DNA of 64,000 nt, taken from Nemertoderma westbladi (lineage: Eukaryota; Animalia; Xenacoelomorpha). The stretch is taken from assembly GCA_032718475.1 (NCBI GenBank), contig JAUCBJ010008281.1, positions 1 to 64,000 on the forward strand, read 5' to 3'. Below, one piece after another: positions 1 to 13,984 of this stretch (its first letter is position 1; every line of letters begins with the position of its first letter). The translations under genes were made by a program, and so were the position numbers. Under the pieces are notes generated by a model. It ran no database searches. It was not told where the DNA came from and worked only from the letters and a program-made list of their open reading frames with translations.

Positions 1-3000
1 AAGATTATGCCTGGCTTCTTGAAGTTACGCCGCATGACGACGAGTTCTACCGAGCGTACTAAACCATCATCCGAGATGTGAGTCTCGATGATACGACCTG
101 TCTGCCACCGTTTACGTGGGAGGTCTTGATCTACAATAAGCACCATATCTCCGGCGCTGACGTTTTCTTGCTGCGAAAACCACTTAGTTCGAAGTTGTAG
201 CGTGGGCAGATAATGTTTCTCGAAATGGTCAGCGAAACGACGGGATAGCAACTGCATAAGTTGCCAAGTTCGACGGCAGTATTCGTCTCCGTCGGCAATC
301 TCCGATCGTGGGAGCATGGCTACAGGTTTCTTCAGTAGGAAGTGCGCGGGTGTTAGCGCTTCCAGGGAATCGGGACTCGATGAGACTGGCATAAGCGGTC
401 TCTCGTTGAGATAGGCAGCTATTTCCTCCATTAACGTCCGCAAAAGTTCGTCGGTGAGATACGCGCGGCATGGCACTATAAAGTGAAATGCGGTTTTGAC
501 ACTTCGAATTAATCTCTCCCAACTTCCTCCCCACCAAGGGGCGTCGGCGGCGTTGAAGGTCCAGCTAGACGCTGTTATCCTTAGCTGGTCGTCCACCTGT
601 CTTTGGTTCCAGTCCTTCACGTAAGCCTGTATTTCGTTGTTGGCACCAATGAAGTTCGTTCCCTTATCCGATCTCATGGTATTACTCGTCCCGAAGCGAG
701 CGATCTGTCGGCGTAAACTTAAGACGAAGCTGTTGGTAGATAGATCGTTCACCATATCGAGATGGATGGCTCTACAAGTCATGCATACGAAGATGACACA
801 CCATCTCTTGACTATAGTCCTAGCACGATATACTTCAATAGGGCCAAATAAATCTACCCCAGTATTAGTAAAAGGTGGTTCATAGAAGCTTACTCGTTCC
901 CTAGGTAATTCTGCCTCTCGCTGTGTTAAAGGCCTACTGAATGCTTTCCTACAGGGTATGCAGTTCCTAAGAACTTGGTTCAGAGCTCTACGGGGTTTAT
1001 CAAAATAATAGCGAGTTCGAATTTCGCTAAGAACTCGTTCTCTACCAGCATGATAAAGTTTACTGTGAACATCTACAATCATCTTGATTTGTACTTCAAG
1101 ATTTCTAATGAGTATGGGGAATTTAGTGTCAAAGGATAATGGCGCATTGGTGAGTCTTCCTCCAACACGTATTAACCCATCTATCATTGTGCTAGAGAAT
1201 CGATCCCTTAAGCGCATCTGCGGATTTCTCAACAACAGGAAATACTTTTCGGAATCCTCATAGCATTGCAGGAGTCTCAGTATCTGCTTATTGGTTTCTT
1301 CATGCTCCTGGTGACTAATTTTCTCCTTTAGAAAACGGTCAGATGTCTTATATTTGGGTAAATTTTTAATAACATGAACTTGTGCAGATGTCAATGGAGC
1401 GGTATCACTAGTGGTCTTCGTCCTGGAGTAGTGATGATGAAAACATCGTCTTAAATATGTGACGGCTTTACAGAGCCGATTCCAGGAACTGTAGTGATGC
1501 ATTGCTCTCTGCAGCATGGGTGAGATTCCTTGCGAGACGTCTGGTATTCCAGATTTCCAATCTCTATCTCTAATTTCCACAACAGACTTATTTGTGTTGA
1601 GGGATTGTGGATCCGAAGCATCATTCCCGGAAGTATGTAATACAGATAGATCGATAGTCGGTTTAAATAACTTCGATTTACTCGTCCGGGTTTTAGGTTT
1701 GACTGTCTCCGCTCCCTTGGCTTGTCTAATCTCCGCCGTAGTAAGGTGAGGAGGCCATTCATCCTCTTCCTTGCTCAGGAAGTCGGGTCCACCCAACCAA
1801 TCTGGAGTATCTATCAGTTCCTGTGGAGTTGCTCCCCTGGAGGCGATATCGGCTGGATTAATCGTACCAGGGCAATGTCTCCATTGATCTATCTTTGTGC
1901 GACTAAGAATAATAGCTACCCTGTTAGTAACAAAAACGCTGAACTGACAGACTTCATTGGTTAGATATTCCAACACGAGTAAAGCGTCGGTCCAATAAAC
2001 CGTTTTCTCCAGTGGATAGTCGATTTGTTCCGTTACGTTCCGGCCGATGGCTGTAGCGTATAAAGCCGCCTTTAACTCCGCTCGAGGAACCTTTAACTTG
2101 TTGTTAATCAATGCCTTAGAGGTAACCAAGGCGACTTTGATTCCATCCGGGGTTTCGACTCGCAGATATGCTACTATACCTATTCCCATGTCGCTGGCGT
2201 CTCCAAACACATGGAGTTGATAGGAATACGTAGGAAGAACATGGCCAAAATATGCACGGGAAATTATAAAGTTCTCGATGGCAGGTAGAGAATCTTCCCA
2301 TTTCATCCATTTCTTTAACAATTCTCCCTTAAGCGGATCGTCCCATGAGTGGTTTTCAAGCCACATTTGTTGTACTAAACTCCGAGCAATCAATATAACT
2401 GGGCTAATAAATCCCAATGGGTCGAAATAAGTGCTCAGGATACTTAAACAAATCCGTTTGGTCCGAACTGGATTATCTCGCTGTTTTAACTGAAAAAACA
2501 GGATGTCTCTTTCAGTGTCCCACTTCAAGCCTAGCGTCTTGGTTTCAGGAAGATCGTCCTTTATTAAGTCTAGGTCTTTCGTTCCTCGGTCTTCTACCGG
2601 TATGGCTTCCAGAAACTCACGGGAGTTGCTAGTGAATTTCGTCAGTCGAAATCCACCTCTTTTCAAACACTCTACCGTTCCTTTCGCGACATCTATGGCT
2701 TCTTCTACTGATGGAAGGGACCTTAAATTGTCGTCCATGTATATATTACGTTTTATGTTGTCTATCACTTCTTTTGAGAAGGAGTCTCGGTTGTCATTCG
2801 CAGTGGTTCGCACCACGGAGCAGGCGTTGGAAGGGCTTGATATGATTCCAAAAGCCTGGATGGTCATCCAGTACTCTACCGGTTTCTGATTGAGGTCTCC
2901 TTCAGGCCACCACAGAAATCTCAGGCTGTCTCTATCTCTATCCAGCGCCTTGACTTGTAAGAACATTCCTTCTATATCGGAGGCGAACGCGATGGAATAT

Positions 3001-3546
3001 TGTCTTAATCTTAAAAGTATTCCCAACAAAGATTGGAGTAAGTTGGGTCCTGGTAACAACTCGGAATTGAGGGATTGGCCCATATATAGGGCGGAGCCAT
3101 CGAATACGACTCGTACTTCGTGGGGTTTACCGGGTTTGGGAACGTAATGATGTGTTAAGTAATACGTTCTCTCAGTCACTGGTGTTCCTTCCGGTACTCG
3201 CTCCGCGTATCCCTTTGTTATAAATTTCTTCAGCTGAGTTTGGTACATTTCTTTCACTGAAGCATTAGCTGTAAGTCGTCGATGTAATTGAGCGATTCTT
3301 TTCTCTGCCAAAGGTCTGTTATTTATAAATCTAGGTTCTCGTTTTCGAAATGGTAGGCCGATTTCATATCTACCTTGGTCCTTTAAAAAACGTGTAGTTG
3401 TTTCCTGGATTTGCTTGGCTCTTTCTTCTTCTATCGATAGGGCCTTATTATATGAATTAGGCTCTACCAGTTCTTGAGTAAAGAATCGTACGGCTAGTTC
3501 GTCCCGAGTTCTAGCGTTGTAGCGCTATATCTCATCGTTTAGTTCG
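1..3546 (-). pseudogene. pol: Disrupted BEL/Pao pol: RT, RNase H, integrase
   Basis: Manual minus-strand translation gives RT NIYMDDNL (~2725-2748), RNase H VFGDASDMGIG (~2180-2212), VPRAELKAAL and QWRHCPGTINPADIASRG (~1835-1888), and integrase HHCC (~950-1070), TGVDLFGP (~840-864) and SDKGTNF (~653-673). No long ORF survives, so stops or frameshifts are present. Confidence 0.88.
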
Positions 3547-5229
3547 TCATTGTAAGCAATGGGTTCCGATGGGCGAATCAGTTGACATCACCTGATTTTT
3601 CCAAGTTTGGTTTTCTGTAAGTAGGTCGATTGTGTTCTCTTCATCGAAGAGTTGGTAGATGTCGTCATTATCTGAGGAGTATGGTGTTTCCTCAGTTAGT
3701 TCGTCCACCTCACTGCTCTCCACTTCCCAATCGTTTACTTGGCATATTCGTTCTTGTGGCATTCTCTCTTCGAGAGTCCTGTGGGAAGGGCCAGTAAAGT
3801 ACCAACCTACTCTAGTTCTTACCGCATAGGTTTGCAGTGGCTGCGGTTGAGCAGGCCGTTTCTCCAATGTTTCGAGCGCCTCATGCACGTTTTGGCCGAT
3901 GAGTATTTGCACTCCAGGATAATCTGTCTGGAATCGAGGTATCTTAAGATGTTGGATACTCTCATCTTCGTCCCAATTATAAAGGTCTGCCTGAGTAGTA
4001 GCGAAGTTCTTTATAGCCACCATTTTTACCGACCTTACACCTTGTGCTCCTAATTTATCCTGGGGGGTGGACAACACACCTACATAGTAATCTGCCGTTA
4101 GGGTAGATTTCCAAACCTGCATAATTCCTGACATATTCAATTTAGTCCGGAATTTGGGTTGTCCAGCAAAGATATCTTCGGCTAGTTCTTGATCGATGAA
4201 TGTTCCTGTGCTGCCGGAGTCAAGGAGTGCGTTCACTATGTAACTGTGGTTAGGACCGTGAACCCTTACCTGCACTACAGGAAATTCTCTGATTCCTACG
4301 TTGGAAGTTGGAGCTTTCCAAGATGGTTGTTTGGCAAAAGTAGTTGGGGGAAACTCATTGTTGGTGTCCTTTTCATAAGTAAGTGCTCGATACACTGCGG
4401 TATTGATTAGATAACAGGATTCGTTGGCGTCGGAGAATTCGTCAGTATAGATTCCTTCCATCTCAGATTCTTGATCAGTGTCGTTTACATCACTGAATTG
4501 GACATGTAGTTCGGGCTCACTTACCTGGCTCGGGTTGTCTCGGTCGCACTCACTGTGTAACAAGATGTGATGTTTCGCGCTACATTTTGCACACTTTACG
4601 TCGGAGTAACAGGTTCGCCGTTGGTGTCCTGGTCTGAGGCAATTATAGCATAACCGCTTATCCCATACGACTGCACGTCTGTCTACAAGGGATTTCTTTA
4701 GAAATTCAGCACACGCACTCAAACGGTGGGTACCGTCGCACAGCGCACAGCTAGGTTTTATGTTACTCACTTTACCTTGGGTAACCTGATGCACTCTCGT
4801 TCTTTGTTCGGGCTTTCTTACGTGCATTCTGTTAGGGGACTGAGGAGGGGTCTTGGCAACCTGTTCTCTCCTATCGTTGGTTCGAGCTTTGTATTTACTT
4901 ACGTCTTTTGAGGTTTTGCCAACATAGTAAGATCGATCAGTGTCTTTCCCGCTGTCCTCTTCTAGAGAAGCTTGGCTTTCGCCGTCGTCAGTGTAACACA
5001 CCGGTGTTACTCTTCTCCTAGAAGCGGGTTTCTCACTTACCTTATTTTCCGATGTTTTCTCTCTGGACTGCTTGATGAGTTGTAGTTTTACTTCACCATC
5101 TAAGAAGGACATGAGATCAGCCATGGTAGGGCTTCGTCGTTGTTGTTCATTCATGTACAACACTTTCTTGTCCCAGCGTGTACATACTCCACCCTTTGGT
5201 AAAGTAGAGACTACGGCTCCAATAACCAT
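3547..5229 (-). pseudogene. BEL/Pao Gag C-terminus with zinc knuckles plus aspartic protease (in-frame continuation after the stop)
   Basis: Three Cys/His knuckles typical of BEL/Pao (CALCDGTHRLSAC, CYNCLRPGHQRRTC, CAKCSAKHHILLH) and the protease motif ALLDSGS. Confidence 0.9.
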
Positions 5230-5241
5230 GGAACTCTGATA

Positions 5242-7389
5242 TTAATGAGACTTACCTAACCAGTCCAATTGTCTACAGATCTCCTGAATCTCATCGGAAA
5301 ACTCTATAATCCCGCTACTAAGGAAGTTTCGGGGGGCTACTAATTTTGCATACAAATACTTAGCTATGTTATCCTTGTTACCATACCTGATGTTTAATGT
5401 ATCCCAAACTTGTCTTAATCCTTCTGGATGTCCAATAAACTTTAACGCCATTAACTTGGGAGGTCCTTCCAAGCACTTGATGAGGAACCTAAGTTTCTCT
5501 CCGTTAGATAGTACAGAGTTCTGTATGCTGTCTTTGTAATATTCATTGAAAGGTAACCATTTCATCTCATCTCCATTGAATTTGACGATCTCTCCCACTT
5601 TGACCGCTTGGCGGGCTTCTGTTCTAGCCATCTGACGCGTAAAGCTTTCTTGGGCCATCGTGTTATTTAATATCGAATTATCGGTATATAAATTTCTCGG
5701 ATCATTATCAGGTCTATAGGGAATATCATTAACAACAGATTTATAATCACCCTTAATAGGGTTTGCTATAGGAGTTTCTACTTCACTAGCAGTATAGATG
5801 CGTGTAGGCTCCACACCTTGCGCATGTAATACTTCAGACCTAACAGGTTGACACAATGTTACTGGGGGTATTGGTATGCCCTTTTGTATGTTGACTAATT
5901 TGTCGCGTTCTAGTGCGATACTTTGCTGCACTTCTTGCAATTCTGCCCTACCTTCCCTTACTGTTCCCTTAAGTTGGTGGACAGTCTCCTGCATCTGTCC
6001 GAGCAGGAGATTCATCCCCCGCCGTCCCTCCTCTACCCACTCGACCGCCGAAGCGGGAGTCGCCAACATTGTAGCGGGCTGACGCGGGACGACGGGAGAC
6101 AAATCTTTGATTTCTCTCTCAGCTTCCAGGACAGGGATATTCTCATGGACTGTTCTACCGGGTACAGGCAGTGTAGTACTGTGTAAAGGGAACTTAGAGT
6201 TAAGCTCTGGAAGTACAGGGGTCTCTAGCACAGGAGTGACTTTGGGAACGACAGGCCTAATTATTTCAGGCTCATCAACTATAGTAGGGAGTTTTTTGAC
6301 CTTAATAATTTGGTCTGTAGGTTCTATACTACTTAAGTCGGTGCTAGCTAATTGTCTTCTAACAGCTGGGGGCAAATCAGGCAATTTGTGACGGTAAGAT
6401 GTTTTTCTACGCCTGCTTAGACGAGATCTATTTCCTCCGCCTTCAGGATCGGTGGTTTCGCTTTCCTCCGATGATGTGTATTCTTGGCGTTTGGGAGTAG
6501 ATCGACTCATCATCTGCATTTGACTAGCAGTTAACTGTTTATTTATGCAGTCTTGCGTCTCTTGCAGATTTTCCAACTCCAGTTGGGTAGTCGCCTCAGA
6601 CGCTCTCCGTTCTGCTTCTGCCACTGCCTTTGCCGCCTTTCTTTCTGCTTCTGCTTCTGCCATTGCCGCTGTTACTGCTGCTGCCTTTCGGTCCTCTATC
6701 CGTTTTTTCTTTACTTGTTCTTCTTGGACTATAGCGAGGCGGAGTTTTTCATCAAATTTAGCTTGGTTTGCAGCTAACATTTCCGCATCGATTGCGTCCA
6801 ACACAAGCTTGGTTCCTTCACTATTAGGGCGAAGTCCAGACAGTCGTCTCCTGAACTCTTCGTCTCCTAGGAATCGCTGATAGTCTGACAGATAGATGTC
6901 AATGGCGTCTCTAGTTCGCGGCTTCTCTGCTGCTGTTAATTCGCTTTCCACTTCGCTTTCCACTTCGCTTTCCACTTGAGAAGAAGTGGCGTCGGTTGAT
7001 TCTTCATAGGTTGGCCGCTCATCATAAACCGTATCCGCTATCTTCGCTCCGCGTTCAGGCGTCCGCTCAACAGTATACGAACTACTGGAGCTATCGGGCC
7101 ACTGAGAACTAGGTTCTTGGCTAGGATGTTGCTGCTGTTTGACAGCTGCTTCTTGATCCCGCTTGACTTGGGCCCGAGTGCCGATGATAGACCTACGTTG
7201 TTCTACTAGCCTAGGGTCTGACACTACTACTGTAGGGATGGCCTTTTTTACAATAGTAGGTGACTTAGACTTGGATCTAGGATGTACTATACTTGGATCT
7301 GGGTCACTGATCTTTTTAAGACACTGTCTAACAGTCATTCTAACACTTTCTAAGAGACTATCCGACAGTGATTGGGTTGTGTCTGACAT
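5242..7389 (-). pseudogene. gag: BEL/Pao Gag, N-terminal part (coiled coil plus DUF1759-like capsid region), cut by a premature TAA
   Basis: 715-aa ORF containing KFNGDEMKWLPF...LSNGEKLRFLIKCLEGPP...LNIRYG. Copy 2 has GAA (Glu) where this copy has TAA at 5242-5244. Confidence 0.88.
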
Positions 7390-8161
7390 GTTTGTTTACA
7401 CAGTTGAATGCCTACGGCTATAAATACAGTTAAAGCAAGTCTAGTAATTCAGTATCACTGTTAGCCTAATAATTAATTACCGATACTGCTACTCAGTGTA
7501 GCGTGATATATATAATATATTAGAATACCGGTATGCTTATAGTATATATATAAGTATTATTACAGACTAGATTTGTCACAGAGTACCGGTATATAATTTT
7601 AGCACAAATATATATAAATATATAATAGGCCTATCGTGAATACCGGTATACAGCTTACACTTATAGTATATATAAGTATAATTATGAACTAGAATTAATT
7701 ACAGAATACCGGTATGATTTCAGCACAAATTTATAGAAATAAATATAATAAGCCTATGGTAAATACCGGTATGTCAATTATTTTAGAATAATTGAATTTC
7801 TGAATATTTTAGGGTTACTTGGTTACTTTAACTTACTTTATTACCGTTATTTAAGCAGTAGTCCGTCCAACTGATATTGAGACCTAGTTGTTTTATGGCA
7901 GGCCTACTATTTATAAATCGTTTGAGTTGATTTATAATATTTATATACCCGTTTAAAATGGGTTTTGTCAATATTTGAAATAAATGTTATTATTTCTGGG
8001 GGAGTCACTACACAGAAGCTGTACGCTCTCAGTGAAGTGCTACCTATGGGACACTAAAACAGATAATTCTAATTTACCTAAGTTCCTTAATACTAAAAAT
8101 TACTTACGATACGGGTGAGATTAAATCTCTAATTAAACACAACAAAAATATTACGTACGAA

Positions 8162-10310
8162 AGAACAGTAGGCTTAGGTTTCTATACAGAAATAAAAATA
8201 GTTTAAACACCGACTCCCGCAAGTTACTTTGCTCTTCTTTAATACAGTGTCAGAGTGTCACATGGACTATGCGTGCTCTTGTTGGTATGAAGGTTTAACC
8301 AAACAGCTTAAATGTAAATTACAAGTATCTCAGAATAAAGTAGTACGATTTATTAAAGACTACAAACCTAGGCACCACCTAACTCCAGATGACTTTTCTG
8401 AATCTGGACTACTTAACTTAGATAGTAGAGTTAAGCAGCTATGCCTTAACCATGTGCATAAAGTGTATAATGGTAAATGTCCCAATTAATTAAAACAAAA
8501 ATTCAACAGAGTACGCAATACACACTCTTAAAGTACCAGAGCTAGTGCTTCAAACTTTTACCTCCCGAATTGTAAATCCTTTGAATCTGATACTTTCTTT
8601 TTTAACGGCATTAAAAATTGGAACGCTTTGCCTAATGAAATTAAAAACCTAAATAACAAAAAATCTAAACCTAAATAATAATTTATCAATAAATTATATG
8701 TAAGTCAATATCCATTCAGTTTGAAATATATATAAATTATTGAGAATAATTTATATTTTCATTAAATTAGATGATGATGAATGCGATAGTGGTACAAACA
8801 ATTGCCACAATAATGCCATCTGTACAAATGATGATGGTGGATTCACATGTGATTGCATTTTAGGCTATTCTGGAGATGGTGTATCATGCACTGGTAAGTT
8901 AATGACATAATAATTTTTAACCAATAAAAAATGTGCAAGTCAATGTCCATTGAGTTTTAGATTTATATAAATTAGCGAAACATTTTAATTAATCATTTAA
9001 TTTAGATGATGATGAATGCAATAGCGGTACACACAATTGCCACAGTAATGCCATCTGTACAAATGATGATGGTGGTTTCACATGTGATTGCATTTTAGGC
9101 TATTCTGGAGATGGTGTATCATGCACTGGTAAGTTAATCACATAATAATTTATATCCAATAAAAAATGTGCAAGTCAATATCCATTGAGTTTGAAATATA
9201 TATAAATTAATGAGAAAAATTTATCTTTTCATTTAAATTAGATGATGATGAATGCGATAGCGGTACAAACAATTGCCACAATAATGCCATCTGTACAAAT
9301 GATGATGGTGGATTCACATGTGATTGCATTTTAGGCTATTCTGGAGATGGTGTATCATGCACTGGTAAGTTAATCACATAATAATTTATATCAATAAAAA
9401 ATGTTCAAGTCAATGTCCATTGAGTTTGAAATATATATAAATTAATGAGAAAAATTTATCTTTTCATTTAAATTAGATGATGATGAATGCGATAGCGGTA
9501 CAAACAATTGCCACAATAATGCCATCTGTACAAATGATGATGGTGGATTCACATGTGATTGCATTTTAGGCTATTCTGGAGATGGTGTATCATGCACTGG
9601 TAAGTTAATCACATAATAATATATCAATAAAAAATGTGCATGTCAATATCCATTGAGTTTGAAATATATATAAATTAATGAGAAAAATTATATTTTCATT
9701 TAAATTAGATGACAATGAATGCGATAGCGGTACACACAATTGCCACAATAATGCCATTTGTACAAATGATGATGGTGGATTCACATGTGATTGCATTTCA
9801 GGCTATTCTGGAGATGGTGTATCATGCACTGGTAAGTTAATGACATAATGATTTTTAACCAATAAAAAATGTGCAAGTCAATATCCATTGAGTTTTAGAT
9901 TTATATAAATTAGCGAAACATTATAATTAATCATTTAATTTAGATAATGATGAATGCGATAGCGGTACAAACAATTGCCACAATAATGCCATCTGTACAA
10001 ATGATGATGGTGGATTCACATGTGATTGCATTTTAGGCTATTCTGGAGATGGTGTATCATGCACTGGTAAGTTAATCACATAATAATTTATCAATAAATT
10101 GTATGTAAGTCAATATCCATTGAGTTTGAAATACATATAAATTATTGAGAATAATTTATATTTTCATTAAATTAGATGACGATGAACTCGATTCATCGTC
10201 ATCTAATTTAATGAAAATATAAATTATTCTCAATAATTTATATGTATTTCAAACTCAATGGATATTGACTTACATACAATTTATTGATAAATTATTATGT
10301 GATTAACTTA
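8162..10310 (+). other. Templated 2.15-kb insertion in the leader of LTR copy 1: copy of the LINE 3' part, 6 EGF exon/intron units and a fold-back
   Basis: 8164 to ~9960 is near-identical to 16030 to ~17826 (offset 7866). The flanks TTACGTACGAA and TTTTAGGGTAATTTTAC are contiguous in copy 2 (~54992-55022, reverse complement). Exons start at 8771, 9006, 9242, 9477, 9709 and 9944. Confidence 0.9.
10068..10310. repeat. Perfect inverted repeat, 119-bp arms with a 5-nt loop
   Basis: 10068-10186 is the reverse complement of 10192-10310. The loop is CTCGA (10187-10191). Confidence 0.93.
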
Positions 10311-10904
10311 TTTTAGGGTAATTTTACAGGAAGTCTACAAACCAGTCTAACAAAGGGTTAGAATTCTGTTTATTACAACGGACAGGGTACTACGGTATTT
10401 GAAAATAATAAGTAGTAGTAAATATATTGCACTGTCCAGATAGGAAAATACCACCGCCTGACGACCTATAGCCGTATCGCTATAGGTACTACGTTATGTA
10501 TCACGGAGTGTTCCTACCTGGAAGTTAATTACCGCGGACTACCAGATCCAACGTGCCTATTAACCACTTTACAACACATATATACTGCCTACACACTAAT
10601 TACCTTCGGAAAGTACTGTACACTAAACCCTAAATTAGGTACAAGTACTGGTACAACAAATAATCAGTAGTTAAATATACTTGAACAGTTAAAAGAACCA
10701 CGGCATCGGCTGGAGTGACCGAAGCACAAAGTCACCAGTCTTTTCCTACGCCAAGCAGCCCGTGTAGTACCGGGGTTAATTTAACTATAACGGTATGTGT
10801 AACAAACACAATTACTGTAGGAATAAACTTGGGGACATGAATGTTGCGAATAATCGCATAAACTCTGAATAATAAATATTACGCTACCCGTACAGAATAC
10901 TCAA

Positions 10905-11435
10905 ACAAATACAAACCAAACGCTGGCAGACTACCACCAAGCCTAAATAAACTACCGTACGTGTAGATTCCGAAATGGTTAGTTAGTATGCGTTCTAACA
11001 CGGTAGTACGACTTATTCTTTAAGAGGGGATTGACCTTACAGCTATGGCTGCCCCAACTTACTAACTGGCACTTTATCAGACAAACTCTACACACGCAGC
11101 AATCTCTTCAGACCTAATAATAGCTAGACAACAATCCAGCCTACAAAATATCTGAGTAATAACTATTACGGTACCTGAACAGACCACACAAACAAACACA
11201 GGCCTAAACGCTGGCAGAATACTGTCAAGCCTAAATAAACTACAGTATGTGCAGATTCCAAAATGGTTAGTTAGTATGCGTTCTAACACGGTAGTACGAC
11301 TTATTCTTTAAGAGGGGATTGACCTTACAGCTATGGCTGCCCCAACTTACTAACTGGCACTCTATCGGACAAACTCTACACACGCCGTAATCTCTCCAAA
11401 CCCAACAACAATCCGACAACAGTCCGGCCTACAGT
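10905..11435. repeat. 288-bp-period tandem duplication in the leader of LTR copy 1
   Basis: GCCCCAACTTACTAACTGGCAC at 11051 and 11339. The same duplication is present in copy 2. Confidence 0.85.
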
Positions 11436-13691
11436 TATCTGAACAATCTGAGCAGACTTACACGTCTTCAGCTCAATATTAACTTACTAGGAAATAAAAC
11501 TGACAGAAATAAGTAAAGTCTCAATAAAAACCAGGGCTGCAGTCCCTGATTAAATACTAAGACCTACCGGTATACAATAATCAAAATCGAATAATACTAA
11601 TGTACTTATACTGGAAGTACCGGTTAGGACAGTTGGGCCTACGGACCTACAGAAGTACCGGTTCTGGCAGTTGGACCTACGGACCTACAGCAGTACCGGT
11701 TCTGGCAGTTGGGCCTACTGACCTACAGAAGTACCGGTTCAGGTTTACCGGTCGACCGGTACTTTCTACTTTATTGCTTACTGCAATAAAGTCAATAACT
11801 GTTATTGTACGCGCTTTTGAAGACCTTTAGCAGTTTAACCTGCAAAAATTTATATGTCTTTTGGTTTATAAATAGACTTTAGAAATTGACAAATATTTAA
11901 TACCAATAAACACAACATTAGCAGAAGCCAGCCTAGTGTGCGTCCATTCACCCGCTGGATATACCCGGGAGACTGGATTCTGAGGGCTTAGATTATTATT
12001 GCAGTGTAAGCTTACTGTATTATTCGATTGATCGTTAATAATAATTTCTGACTAATATTATTCACTTTCAGGAAATATTAACAGTTCCTTTTGGACGTGG
12101 CGCTCTATCTAGGTAAACAGAGATATGACTTATACTAATCACAACGGCAAGTCGGTAAGGCTTATGATTCACGTATGAGGCGCATTCTTTAGGAAATGCT
12201 TAGTTATCAGTCACAATCAGGCACACTACCGGTAACACACAATACTGCTCACTAATTTGCCGACCGTCAATGAATTTTATCATATATAAAGCGAACAGCA
12301 ACGGACTCATGTAGTGCTTATCAAATAGCATTAAATTCACTACAAACCACAACAATATAAGTCGCAATCGCTATATATAACCCGTCTCTCTAACCTGTAG
12401 TGTATCAAGAAAATTGGGAAATTTGGGTTCTTTATAGATGTTCTCCAAATAATATTCAACCAAAACACAACAGTAAACAGCAGTATAATAACGTATGTTG
12501 AACCGATAATGTAAGACCGAATTGAGATAAGATAAGATAACAGTTATACGCTCTATAATTTAAGCCTACTAATGTTTCTTCTAAAGTATGAAAACGAGTT
12601 GACTCTAGAGCCGGTGTTCCTGGCCTAGATAGAAACAACACAACAGTATCAAGAAAAAACAGTAAGACTGAACACTCCTAGCACGATCTGCCAAAAAGCT
12701 CCACATCGACAGAAAAAATCGCTCTGATTGGCTGTTAAGCTAAACAAAGAACCATGTGTCCAATGGCCGTTTCCATGTCAGCAACCAGCTGTTAGATGTC
12801 GTAATCTGAATCATCAAGGCTAAGCTGTGCCAGGGTATTTGGTGCATTGCGGGTTTTTTGCCTTACCATGTCCTCCAAAGCACGTATATAGAAGAATGAC
12901 TTTTATGTCCGTTAAAACACCTATAACGGTACCTTGCGGGCGAGGGGGACTGAGTATATCCGCAAAAGCTTTTACACCTACCTGTCAGACAGAGGTCAAA
13001 CTGTAGTCATTAGCAAATCGCAGTCTACTGTACAAGAGATTACCTGTGGTGTACTGCAAGGTAGTATATTAGGTCCTCTGCTTTTTGTATGCTATGTAAA
13101 TGATATGATAAGTAGTATAGATCCCGATTTTATATTCCGACGACAGTGCTCTTATTTTCTCTCTTAACCCATTAAGTCCTAAGGTCTACATTTGTAGACC
13201 CATGCAATATGGTGCTCTCAATTGAAAGCTGTACCAATTTATTTAGTATTTTCACTATAAATCAGACTTAGAGGCATGGGAGTACTATTTAAAGTAAATT
13301 TTAGCCCTCATGTTCGCAATACTAACATCTGACAAAAGCTCAATTTTAGTGAATTTATGCAAAAAGAGTACGAGTCAATTCAACTCTAATTTTAGGACGA
13401 AAGTTGCCTCATGTGACTTGGAGATGCAAATATTATCATCCCTGATAATTTCTGAACATATAAATGAATTATGAAGCTCCCAACAACATGTAATTAGAAT
13501 TCGTGATGTCCTGAATGAGCAAGTCTACAAATGTAGACCTTAGGACTTAAGGGGTACAAATATCACTGAAATTAGTGTAGTACAGTATATACTGTAATTT
13601 CAGAAGACATTTCATACAGGAATATGGATACAGGATACAGGGGCTCATAATTTCACCTGACATAGAGTAGGTACTGTACAGTCGGGCACTT

Positions 13692-13945
13692 TGTCAATAT
13701 TGACATGTTGTCAATATTGACATGTTCCATGTCAAAATTGACATGATGTCAATATTGACATGTTTTGATCATAATTTTTTTAAATATTGTGATTTGAAAA
13801 GTAGAAAATGTTTTTTTGTAAAGAGAATATCTATTTTAATTAATATATTGTTGAATCCAACCAATGTATATTGTTGTTTGTAATAATTTTAATGATATGT
13901 TTTATTGCATGTCAATATTGACATCTAATGTCAATATTGACATGA
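13692..13945. repeat. Cluster of six 14-bp palindromes TGTCAATATTGACA
   Basis: Copies at ~13692, 13709, 13730 (one mismatch), 13747, 13910 and 13929. Confidence 0.85.
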
Positions 13946-13984
13946 ACGCTGGGTTCTTATGTTCATTTCAACCCCACCAAATCT

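Larger units (their letters stand above)
1..12976 (-). mobile_element. BEL/Pao LTR retrotransposon copy 1 (decayed; 3' part runs off the window start)
   Basis: On the minus strand it starts TGTAAAAGCTTTTG at 12976, the same start as the LTRs at 51832 and 62960. A long leader is followed by gag, protease, RT, RNase H and integrase in BEL/Pao order. Leader and gag are colinear with copy 2. Confidence 0.93.

Noticed and set aside
5230-5244. Programmed stop read-through in gag of copy 1
   Set aside because: Copy 2 has GAA at this codon, so a simple nonsense mutation explains it.
637-7423. Short plus-strand ORFs over copy 1 (and minus-strand ORFs at 56267-59281 over copy 2)
   Set aside because: Antisense shadows of gag-pol.
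12934-12976. Start of a 77-aa RT protein
   Set aside because: The ORF is a chance fusion of the LTR terminus with LINE sequence that begins at 12977.
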